Origin: Alphaproteobacteria bacterium
GTDB lineage: Bacteria > Pseudomonadota > Alphaproteobacteria > Rs-D84
Reading direction: 5' to 3'
Assembly: GCA_017618175.1 (NCBI GenBank)
Contig: JAFZUT010000011.1
Location: 36,656-100,655, forward strand
DNA: 64,000 nt
Part shown: piece after piece, positions 57,202 to 64,000 of the stretch
How positions within the stretch are numbered: position 1 is the first letter of the stretch
Layout: every line of letters begins with the position of its first letter
Notes under the pieces: generated by a model
Databases searched by the model: none
The model's input: the letters and a program-made list of their open reading frames with translations, nothing else
What the model was told of the DNA's origin: nothing
Position numbers and translations under genes: made by a program

Positions 57202-58332
57202 ATGTCAAAATATTGTTATTTCCCGATACTGAAAACACGCCCGTCAGAAGTCAATGCTTACGACTCTTTGGCAGATAATATTAAAGAAGAGGTGTTGCCT
57301 ATTATTGAAATGACGGGAGAACTTGGTTATACATATTCTAAAAATTGTAAAGATGAAAATTGCAGAGGAGTTAGACGCCCTGGGGATATAAATAAAAAAA
57401 TTACGAAAATTTTAGATTTTATGGGGAATAAAAGGTTTGTTTTAGATATAACAGATGATTCATCTTTGAAATATGATGGTTTAAGCGCCACAGGGAGTGG
57501 TTTGTTGAATCCAAATAATGGATATAGAAATTGGCTAGATTTTTTACAACGAAACGATACTTTTAAACGTTTAGTAATTCCTACAATTCAATTTGACACA
57601 ACCTATCGGCAAGATGTACAAATGCAGATAGAAGAATTAAAAAATCATTTTGATTATATGGCTATAAAATTACCATCTACAACGGATGCCAAGATTATAA
57701 ATCAGGTTATAGATTTTGTTACTAATATTATAGGGGTAAATAAATTATTTGTGATATTAGATTTTGATTTTATAAAATCTTTTACCCAAAAAGAAACGTC
57801 TGAATATGTAAAGCCAATCGATGTATCAAAAATAAAAGCTTTGATCCCTGTCTCTTCTAGTTTTCCTGCATCGGTTATACACATAGATAAAATTTGTGGT
57901 AGTATAGATATTTTAGAAAACCAACTCAGTGATTGTATAAGACAAACCTTGGGAAATAAGGTTTTTCATGGTGATTTTTCTTCTATACACCCAACTCGTT
58001 ATGAGATGGGCGGCGGAGGTTGGTACCCAAGAATAGATTATATAGAGAGAGATTTACGAACAAAAAAACCTATTAAATATCATTTCTTTAGAGGAACTGG
58101 CCGAAATACCAGTTCTGAATATGTTGAGTTAGCAAAACGGGTAACAGAAGCTAAAAACTATGTTCCCATAAGCGAATTTAATGTAGCCGGAGATTTGCAA
58201 ATTAAGAAAAAAGCCAAAGGAGAAATGGAAGGTAAGGCACCTTCTTATTGGATTGCTGTAAGATCTAATCTTTATCTAACCATGCAGTATTTATATTTGA
58301 GAAGACAACCGGATGCTTTTTTGTATTTGTAA
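57202..58332 (+). CDS. 'beta protein'-like (PF14350 / sce7725-like) protein of unknown function
   Basis: The N-terminus YCYFPILKTRPSEVNAYDSLADNIKEEVLPIIEMTG fits the Y.P.LK.K.GE..AL..L.......PLIE pattern I remember for this family. GGAG lies 8 nt upstream of the ATG, and the gene is coupled to the ImmA-like gene. Confidence 0.45.
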   Translation: MSKYCYFPILKTRPSEVNAYDSLADNIKEEVLPIIEMTGELGYTYSKNCKDENCRGVRRPGDINKKITKILDFMGNKRFVLDITDDSSLKYDGLSATGSGLLNPNNGYRNWLDFLQRNDTFKRLVIPTIQFDTTYRQDVQMQIEELKNHFDYMAIKLPSTTDAKIINQVIDFVTNIIGVNKLFVILDFDFIKSFTQKETSEYVKPIDVSKIKALIPVSSSFPASVIHIDKICGSIDILENQLSDCIRQTLGNKVFHGDFSSIHPTRYEMGGGGWYPRIDYIERDLRTKKPIKYHFFRGTGRNTSSEYVELAKRVTEAKNYVPISEFNVAGDLQIKKKAKGEMEGKAPSYWIAVRSNLYLTMQYLYLRRQPDAFLYL

Positions 58333-58942
58333 TATAATTTAAATCCTCAAGTATGACCTTTTGCCCTTTTTCTTTAAGAAATAATTTATAGCCATCTCCA
58401 TAGCGTCTTTGTAAAGATATGATTATTTGATTTTGAATGTTCACTGTCGTGCATTCTTCGATAGCTCTTTGTTTAAGTTGTTCAAATGCGGATTTTTTAT
58501 ATTTTGGTAGCAACTTTTCTAAATCTTTGCGCCATAGAACAGAAGTCATATATGTTTTATCTAAGGAAATTTTTTTCCTTGCTTTTCTTTTTAATATTAA
58601 CTTGTTGTCGGAGCTTATTACTATAAGGCCTATGTTTTTTGGTAGTTTAGTAAGTTCCTTAGATTTTGCAAATTTGCACGAGTAAACCAAATAAACAAAA
58701 TTGAAAGTTTTTCGGTAATCTGATATTTGATCTAGCATAGTTTTAAGATTGTCGTATTTGCTTTTAATTTCAAAACCTATGGACATTCCATTATTTATCG
58801 CGACAAGATCTGCAGAACGTTTACAGCACAAAAACGGCAATTCGTTTACTATCAGCTCATATTTAGCGTGTTTAAGCAGAAAGTCAATAAGCTCTGCTTT
58901 GATAAAATTTGCTTCTCCGTATTTCCCCTTTTTTAATCCCAT
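58265..58942 (-). CDS. PD-(D/E)xK-fold nuclease-like protein (MmcB / sce7726-like)
   Basis: RSADLVAINNGMSIGFEIKSKYD gives a D...E-x-K arrangement. It is the last gene of the minus-strand operon. Its 3' end overlaps the convergent gene by 68 nt. Confidence 0.45.
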   Translation of the reverse strand: MGLKKGKYGEANFIKAELIDFLLKHAKYELIVNELPFLCCKRSADLVAINNGMSIGFEIKSKYDNLKTMLDQISDYRKTFNFVYLVYSCKFAKSKELTKLPKNIGLIVISSDNKLILKRKARKKISLDKTYMTSVLWRKDLEKLLPKYKKSAFEQLKQRAIEECTTVNIQNQIIISLQRRYGDGYKLFLKEKGQKVILEDLNYITNTKKHPVVFSNINTAWLDKD

Positions 58943-58983
58943 GACACGCTCTCGTAATTTTATGATGTTATATATGTGTTATT

Positions 58984-59526
58984 TTAATGTTGTGTTGGAA
59001 CAGGTAAACCAAACTTTTGTAATGGGATATATTCAAAATAATATGAACAACCGACCGAAACTATATAATCTAAGACATCTTGATAACAAGGTTGTTTGAA
59101 CCAGTCGCTTAATAAGTAAATATACTCAACTTCCATGTTCAACTGTGACAACAATTTTTTATATTGTTTTTTCTTGAAATCACAAGTTTGCAATTTTTCG
59201 TCTACAGAACCGGCAACACGTTGAAACTTACATTCAATAACAAAAAACGTGTTGTTTATAACAACATAAATAGAATCATCCGGTAATAATTTCTTAGATA
59301 AAATAGATTTCCAATCAATTCCACGATATTCTAAAAATTTATATAAAGCAGATTTCTTGAATATTGATGCGACTTCTTCGCCTTTATATAACACTGACAC
59401 CCAACCGCGTTTATCATCAACACAATTGTACCCTGGTTGTGAACATAAAAATGTACGCAAATCAGTTTTACCTTCAAAAACTAAACCTGTTTTGGTATTT
59501 GCTCCGCCAATTCCGTTCGCTTTCAT
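58984..59526 (-). CDS. putative type II restriction endonuclease (PD-(D/E)xK motif)
   Basis: LPDDSIYVVINNTFFVIECKFQ (D...E-x-K). Its ATGA overlaps the upstream methylase gene, in the position dpnB occupies in DpnII-type cassettes. Confidence 0.45.
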   Translation of the reverse strand: MKANGIGGANTKTGLVFEGKTDLRTFLCSQPGYNCVDDKRGWVSVLYKGEEVASIFKKSALYKFLEYRGIDWKSILSKKLLPDDSIYVVINNTFFVIECKFQRVAGSVDEKLQTCDFKKKQYKKLLSQLNMEVEYIYLLSDWFKQPCYQDVLDYIVSVGCSYYFEYIPLQKFGLPVPTQH

Positions 59527-60308
59527 TTTTTATCCTTTTTTTCAGATATATCATATAACCTTTTTTCAGCCAGTTCAACAAATTGTGGCTCTTGGTCTAT
59601 ACCCACAAATAGACGGCCATGTTTTAATGCTGCAACCCCCGTCGTTCCACTGCCCATAAACGGATCTAAAATCAAGTCGCCTGGATTTGTAGAAGCCAAA
59701 ATAATGCGTTCCAACAATTCCACTGGTTTTTGAGTCGGGTGTTTGCCAAATTTCTTTTCTTCTTTGGTTGGCGTTCCAATAGCCCAAACACTTCGCATTT
59801 GGCAACCTGGCTTTTTAATAAAGTCTTTTTGGAAATCTCCATTTTTCATGGCTTCATAATTAAATGTGTGTTTTGCTTTTTTATTTTTGCGCGCCCAAAG
59901 CAATGTCTCGTGGCTTGCGGTAAAGTACCTGCAGGACATATTCGGACTGGCATTTGGCTTAAACCAAGTTATGTCGTTCAAAATATGAAAACCAAGTAAT
60001 TGCATAGCAAATCCGCACGAATATATGCTGTGGTATGTGCCGCTAATCCACAATGTTCCATTTGGTTTCAAAACACGATGACATGCACAAAGCCACTTTT
60101 TATGAAATTCAAAATCATCACTAAGACCATGTGATTTATCCCAATCGCCTTTGTTTACAGACACAACGCAACCATTTTGACATGTGATACCACCATTAGA
60201 AAGCATGTATGGAGGGTCCGCAAAAATCATATCAAATGTATTTTCTGGAAGTTCAAGCAACTTTTCAAGGCAATCTGCACAATAAAGACGATACTGTTTC
60301 TTAGTCAT
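59523..60308 (-). CDS. beta-class N6-adenine/N4-cytosine DNA methyltransferase (DpnA-like)
   Basis: Motif IV FADPPY comes first. The SAM-binding motif LDPFMGSGTTGVAA is near the C-terminus, which is the beta-class order. Confidence 0.8.
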   Translation of the reverse strand: MTKKQYRLYCADCLEKLLELPENTFDMIFADPPYMLSNGGITCQNGCVVSVNKGDWDKSHGLSDDFEFHKKWLCACHRVLKPNGTLWISGTYHSIYSCGFAMQLLGFHILNDITWFKPNASPNMSCRYFTASHETLLWARKNKKAKHTFNYEAMKNGDFQKDFIKKPGCQMRSVWAIGTPTKEEKKFGKHPTQKPVELLERIILASTNPGDLILDPFMGSGTTGVAALKHGRLFVGIDQEPQFVELAEKRLYDISEKKDKK

Positions 60309-61233
60309 AATTTGTAATCAATAATTCACGAATTGCATCACGACCGTCTGCCTTGGAATTGATAAGACGTCTGGCCAAAATACGGTTAATTTTATAATCT
60401 TTGTATAAATCATCAAAGAACGGGTCTTCAATATAATTGGTTGGGTCTGAATTGCTCAACATCTGCAAAGCCCCCATTTGGTGACATGTGTCAAAGACCT
60501 GTTTCAAACGTTCCTGTTCAGCATCGTCAAAATCACCCACGGCATAAGAATTGAAAGATGATGTTTCACGAATTGGACGATATGGAGGGTCATAATAAAT
60601 GAATGTGTCAGCTTTTACATAATCTGGTGTTGCGCCAAAGTCTGCTTGTATAATAGTAGCAATTTGCAAAGCTTCGGATACGTTGCGTAAGTTTTCTTCG
60701 TCCAAGATACGTGGGTTTGTATATTTGCCCATCGGAACATTGAATTTGTTTTTGCTGTTTACGCGGAACAAACCATTAAAGCATGTCCGGTTCAAGAATA
60801 TCGTTAGGGCAGCGCGGCGAACAAAACTTGTGCGGTATACATTGGCATCAACATTTTTATCACAATCGTTATATTCATCGCGTCTGGCATAATAATACGC
60901 CTTTGTATCATCTGTATGTCTGTATTCGGTCTGAATCTTGGTCAACTCAACAATCAAACTTTCCACATCGCGTTTTATAACGTTGTAAAGAATCACTAAT
61001 TCTGGATTGATATCAAATAAAAACGCTTCCTGGATTTGATATCTATTGTATATGTCAAAGAATACGGCACCGCCACCAACAAAGGGTTCTATATACCGTT
61101 TGATGCCCCCCATCTTTAGTTTCAAAGGAAGTTTTTGTTCAATTTGTTCCAACAATTGCCCTTTGCCGCCGGCCCATTTTAACACAGGGCGGCATTCTGT
61201 ATAATCTGGCAATCTGGCTGGTATCGCTATCAA
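60301..61233 (-). CDS. Dam-family (alpha-class, D12) DNA adenine methyltransferase
   Basis: LKWAGGKGQLL, EPFVGGGAVFF (motif I), then YYDPPY (motif IV). The start is TTG, 6 nt after GGAAAGGA. Confidence 0.85.
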   Translation of the reverse strand: MIAIPARLPDYTECRPVLKWAGGKGQLLEQIEQKLPLKLKMGGIKRYIEPFVGGGAVFFDIYNRYQIQEAFLFDINPELVILYNVIKRDVESLIVELTKIQTEYRHTDDTKAYYYARRDEYNDCDKNVDANVYRTSFVRRAALTIFLNRTCFNGLFRVNSKNKFNVPMGKYTNPRILDEENLRNVSEALQIATIIQADFGATPDYVKADTFIYYDPPYRPIRETSSFNSYAVGDFDDAEQERLKQVFDTCHQMGALQMLSNSDPTNYIEDPFFDDLYKDYKINRILARRLINSKADGRDAIRELLITNYD

Positions 61234-61293
61234 AACTCATCCTTTCCTTGTTGATATATTAGAACAAAATGCCGTATAAAATCAAGGGGTTTA

Positions 61294-62025
61294 TTAGAAT
61301 TTTAATATAACATCGGCTATCTGTTTCACGTCTTTCAAAGTCATACTAGCCTGCATATTCAAGCCCCTTGGAACATTGATTTCAAGTATCTTATCAGCAG
61401 TTTCTTGTGTGATATTTAACCAATTTATTATCTTCGTAGTATCAACGATAAAAATATTTTGAATATAAGTTTTATTTTTATCTGGGATAAAGAAACAGGT
61501 TATGGTTTCGGGACCATGATGCTTAACTATTTCCGCGTACCGCCTCAAGTCCAACCATATGCTATTCCCCTTTTTTATTTCTATATTTACCCCATTGCAA
61601 ACAGCATCGAAATATCTGTTTTCTTGGTCTTGCCATAGTGTTTCTTTGCATAAATCTTTTTCATAGGTGTTAGGGCGCTTTACCCAATCACCAACAAGCT
61701 TTTTATCTAATGTCGAAATTATCAGTTCTTTCCAATTACTTTGCACTTTACAAATCCTATACGACATAATTCTATCATATATGACATGTTTTTGCAATTG
61801 TGATGTATCCGTATTTATGTGTATGTGTTTCCACAAAGCAGCCATTTGAAATAATTTGTAATACAAACGGCGAAATAACCAAGTTTGTTTGCAAGTTAGG
61901 TTGTCGTTTTGTTTATGGCGCACATTCGATTCCAATTCGCGCAAAGATCGGCATGCTGCGAAGTAGAGCATGATGAAATCGGTTTTGTGGTTTGGTTTGA
62001 TATCTTTAAAATGTTTATACTTCAT
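61294..62025 (-). CDS. hypothetical protein with a PD-(D/E)xK-like motif (first gene of the methylase operon)
   Basis: RYFDAVCNGVNIEIKKG (D...E-x-K). RBS AAAGGGGTGG. Confidence 0.35.
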   Translation of the reverse strand: MKYKHFKDIKPNHKTDFIMLYFAACRSLRELESNVRHKQNDNLTCKQTWLFRRLYYKLFQMAALWKHIHINTDTSQLQKHVIYDRIMSYRICKVQSNWKELIISTLDKKLVGDWVKRPNTYEKDLCKETLWQDQENRYFDAVCNGVNIEIKKGNSIWLDLRRYAEIVKHHGPETITCFFIPDKNKTYIQNIFIVDTTKIINWLNITQETADKILEINVPRGLNMQASMTLKDVKQIADVILKF

Positions 62026-62311
62026 GTGCCACCCCTTTAAAAGTTGTTGTATTTGTCCTTATCTTTCAACAAAAGTCCAGTCATTTCTTGAAATTCTGAT
62101 AATTAAAAATGTATACATTTTGTATACAGCAGATATACGGACTTCGTTCCGTTGTTCTCAGGGCTGTATAATCTTCTGAAAGGCTTATAAATACTGGGTT
62201 GGCTATCATTTTTATAGGCGTTTTTTCTACAGGTCGTGTATAACTCCGGTATAATTGTTTGCTATTTTTAACACTTTTTTGCGTTTTATACCAGAACAAA
62301 TTGCCGCAAGC

Positions 62312-62350
62312 AAAAACAAAAGAAAATGCCGTAATTCCAAAGAATTACGG
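62312..62350 (-). terminator. rho-independent terminator following the tRNA-Asn 3' fragment
   Basis: On the minus strand: GCCGTAATTC-ttg-GAATTACGGC followed by ATTTTCTTTTGTTTTT. Confidence 0.65.
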
Positions 62351-62357
62351 CTAATTT

Positions 62358-62402
62358 TTGGCTCGGGCAACTGGACTCGAACCAGTGACATACGGATTAA
62401 CA
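62358..62402 (-). pseudogene. 3' fragment of tRNA-Asn(GUU), anticodon loop through CCA; an att junction, not a complete tRNA
   Basis: The reverse complement is CTGTTAATCCGTATGTCACTGGTTCGAGTCCAGTTGCCCGAGCCA. The loop, variable region and T-arm match E. coli tRNA-Asn as I recall it. The sequence 5' of it (gattttatcattaggt) cannot form the anticodon stem, D-arm or acceptor strand. Confidence 0.8.
62385..62402. repeat. 18-nt att-core direct repeat (copy 3 of 3)
   Basis: TGACATACGGATTAACAG, identical to 54965-54982. Confidence 0.9.
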
Positions 62403-62788
62403 GACCTAATGATAAAATCAAAAAATCTGCTGTAAGCCACAGGTTCCGCCGGTTTCCCGTTCTTAACATGTTTTCAGTGTGCGGATTAGTGCGCCTCACC
62501 CCAAAAACATGTCTGAGCCAGCCATATAGCACATGATATTTTATATGAAATCATTTCTGATATCAATATAAAAATGCCTGTGGATATCATTCACGATTTC
62601 AAATATGAAACAAATGCCGATTATTTATCCGATTTTGAAAATGGTTCTTATATGAAATCAAAAATAACATACCAGATTTGAAGAACGATTTATAAAAAAC
62701 AATGTAGATATTTTTAGATATTTGTGAATAGAAAAATCCGATTTTATCCATACCATAAAAAATGTACAACAAACCAAAAGGACACATC

Positions 62789-62977
62789 ATGAATCCAAAA
62801 GAACCATTGTTAACACCAAAACAAGTTGCAAAAATTATTGGAATATCCGAATACAGCATCGCCAGATATAGAAAACTGGGGATTGGACCAAAATATTTGC
62901 GTTTTGGGGAAAAATTGATCCGGTACAGAAAAGAAGATGTTGAAGAATGGCTGAACCGGTTCAATGATGAATTATAA
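62789..62977 (+). CDS. AlpA/excisionase-family helix-turn-helix protein
   Basis: MNPKEPLLTPKQVAKIIGISEYSIARYRKLGIGPKYLRFGEKLIRYRKEDVEEWL is the typical AlpA/Xis MerR-like wHTH. RBS AAAGGA. Confidence 0.75.
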   Translation: MNPKEPLLTPKQVAKIIGISEYSIARYRKLGIGPKYLRFGEKLIRYRKEDVEEWLNRFNDEL

Positions 62978-63058
62978 AAAATCGCACAACCCGTTCTTTT
63001 TACTTGCTTTTTAGTTTTTTAATGGCAGTGTGTGTGTCGCAACAAAGAGGTATGCAAA

Positions 63059-64000
63059 ATGACTGAATGGAAATGCAAAAGAAGAATTTTTAAGGATTCA
63101 TGGATTGCACAATTAAAATCCGATGTGAATCTGCAAATTATGGATGGAACCATTCCGGGCCTGCAGTTAAGATATTATGCAAAAACCAAAGGGATCAGTT
63201 TTTTTCTTAATTGCAGAGTAGGAACAGGTCATGAAAGAAAAACTTTAATGCTGGGCAAATGGGCCGATTTTGTGGATGTGGGGGAAGTTTATAAAAGAGC
63301 CAAAGACATCCGCGCAATGATACTTAAAAACAAAGTATTAGCCACAGTAAGAGGCACAGCAACAAATGATGATGCCACAGAAACGGCGAAAGGATTGATC
63401 CGTAATGCACAAGAGAAAATATTTGAAAACGCTTTCGCGGTTTATATGGACAAGTATGCATCTGTACACAAAAAACCAAGTACGCAGCAATTAAATCAAT
63501 TGCATTTCAGATTGTATTTAAGACCGGTATTTGGAAAAAGATATTTGGAAGATCTTACAGAAAGAGATATCATGGATGCATATACCGAATGGGCCAAGAA
63601 AACATCTTTTTCAACCGCGAATAAAATATTGTCGTTGTTATCAAATTTTTGGGATTGGTGTGAATCATATGGATATATGCCAAGACGATCAAATTTATGT
63701 GGATTTATTAAAAAAGGTCATGGGCCAAAATATAGAGCCACAGTATTGGATTTGGATGGATATAAACGACTGTTCAAATCATTGGATAATGGCCCGGCAA
63801 AATCGAGAATGCATCCAAGATTATTCCGGGTATTAAAAGTTTTGGCATTGACCGGATGTCGTTGTTCAGAAATTCGGGATTTGGAAATGGATGAGGTATC
63901 ATTGCCAGAAAAGAAAATCCACTTGAAAGATAGTAAAACTGGGCCAAGAGATGTGATGCTATCAGATGATGCAATAAAAGAATTGGAATTTGCAATGAAA
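63059..64000 (+). CDS. int: tyrosine recombinase / phage-type integrase, 3'-truncated by the window edge
   Basis: My own translation (the ORF has no stop in the window, so it is absent from the track). ATG 63059 lies 8 nt after AAGAGG, and 314 codons are open to nt 64000. The N-terminal arm-binding-like region is GLQLRYYAKTKGISFFLNCRVGTGHERKTLMLGKW. The core-binding region is YMDKYASVHKKPSTQQ..LHFRLYLRPVFGKRYLEDLTERDI. Catalytic box I is LKVLALTGCRCSEIRDLEMDEVSLPEKKIHLKDSKTGPRDVMLS. Confidence 0.85.
   Translation, partial: MTEWKCKRRIFKDSWIAQLKSDVNLQIMDGTIPGLQLRYYAKTKGISFFLNCRVGTGHERKTLMLGKWADFVDVGEVYKRAKDIRAMILKNKVLATVRGTATNDDATETAKGLIRNAQEKIFENAFAVYMDKYASVHKKPSTQQLNQLHFRLYLRPVFGKRYLEDLTERDIMDAYTEWAKKTSFSTANKILSLLSNFWDWCESYGYMPRRSNLCGFIKKGHGPKYRATVLDLDGYKRLFKSLDNGPAKSRMHPRLFRVLKVLALTGCRCSEIRDLEMDEVSLPEKKIHLKDSKTGPRDVMLSDDAIKELEFAMK

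Larger units (their letters stand above)
54983..62384. mobile_element. island segment 2 (no integrase; defence-type cargo)
   Basis: Flanked by identical 18-nt direct repeats (54965-54982 and 62385-62402). AT-rich. Its right end supplies a tRNA-Asn 3' half plus a terminator. Confidence 0.6.
62403..64000. mobile_element. island segment 3 (left end only): AlpA-like regulator and tyrosine integrase; continues past the window
   Basis: It begins immediately after the tRNA-Asn fragment/core and carries the only recombinase seen in the array. Confidence 0.6.

Noticed and set aside
62358-62433. A possible complete tRNA-Asn gene on the minus strand.
   Set aside because: Only the anticodon loop, variable region, T-arm, acceptor 3' strand and CCA are present. 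The ~30 nt that should form the acceptor 5' strand, D-arm and anticodon-stem 5' strand (reverse complement ...cagattttttgattttatcattaggt) cannot pair. I therefore annotated it as an att fragment.
62227-62536. ORFs 62227..62532 (-) and 62255..62536 (+).
   Set aside because: They overlap the tRNA-Asn fragment, its terminator and the att junction, and have no RBS.
62599-62964. 121-aa minus-strand ORF.
   Set aside because: It is antisense to the well-supported AlpA-like gene and to AT-rich spacer. Its Phe/Ile/Tyr-rich composition is typical of AT-rich noise.
63531-63836. 101-aa + strand ORF listed in the track.
   Set aside because: It lies in a different frame inside the integrase ORF (63059 to beyond 64000), which has recombinase motifs.

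Overview
This window comes from the chromosome of a Gram-negative bacterium. The gene content (IHF-beta, MsbA-type exporter, BepA-like M48/TPR protease, Slam/DUF560-like barrel, outer-membrane barrel) looks alphaproteobacterium-like, but I cannot fix the lineage by eye.

nt 1 to ~48.9 kb is mostly housekeeping: guaC, lysS, a csp-like gene, lemA, rpsU, an msbA-like exporter, ackA, rnj, rph, recG, mscL, aroK, hup, alaS, fabI, ligA, a PBP1A gene, ihfB and a fused accD-accA. It also carries four tRNAs (Ala-UGC, Lys-UUU, His-GUG, Ser-GCU). Interspersed are accessory surface-protein genes:
- a protein of more than 1000 aa with BspA-type LRR and Cys-rich repeats, cut by the window start;
- a small family of secreted tail-fibre-like proteins;
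- a TbpB-like surface lipoprotein split by a G7 tract, next to a Slam-like translocon.

nt ~49.0-64.0 kb is visibly more AT-rich. I read it as a tandem array of three integrative-element segments. They are delimited by copies of an 18-nt core taken from the tRNA-Asn anticodon-loop/variable region (49040 degenerate, 54965, 62385). The array ends with an AlpA-like gene and a tyrosine integrase that is open at the window edge and therefore absent from the ORF track.
- Segment 1 holds two ProRS-type genes, an anticodon-domain-less AsnRS/AspRS-type core, a SAM methyltransferase and an S66/MccF-family peptidase. This is my top candidate for an undescribed system, either an aminoacyl-nucleotide antibiotic locus or an immunity locus.
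- Segment 2 holds a membrane protein, ImmA-like protease and 'beta-protein'-like operon. It converges on a five-gene operon with Dam-like and DpnA-like methylases and three proteins with PD-(D/E)xK-like motifs. I read this as a restriction-modification system plus a candidate new defence module.

I saw no rRNA and no CRISPR array. All product calls rest on motifs read by eye, not on searches.
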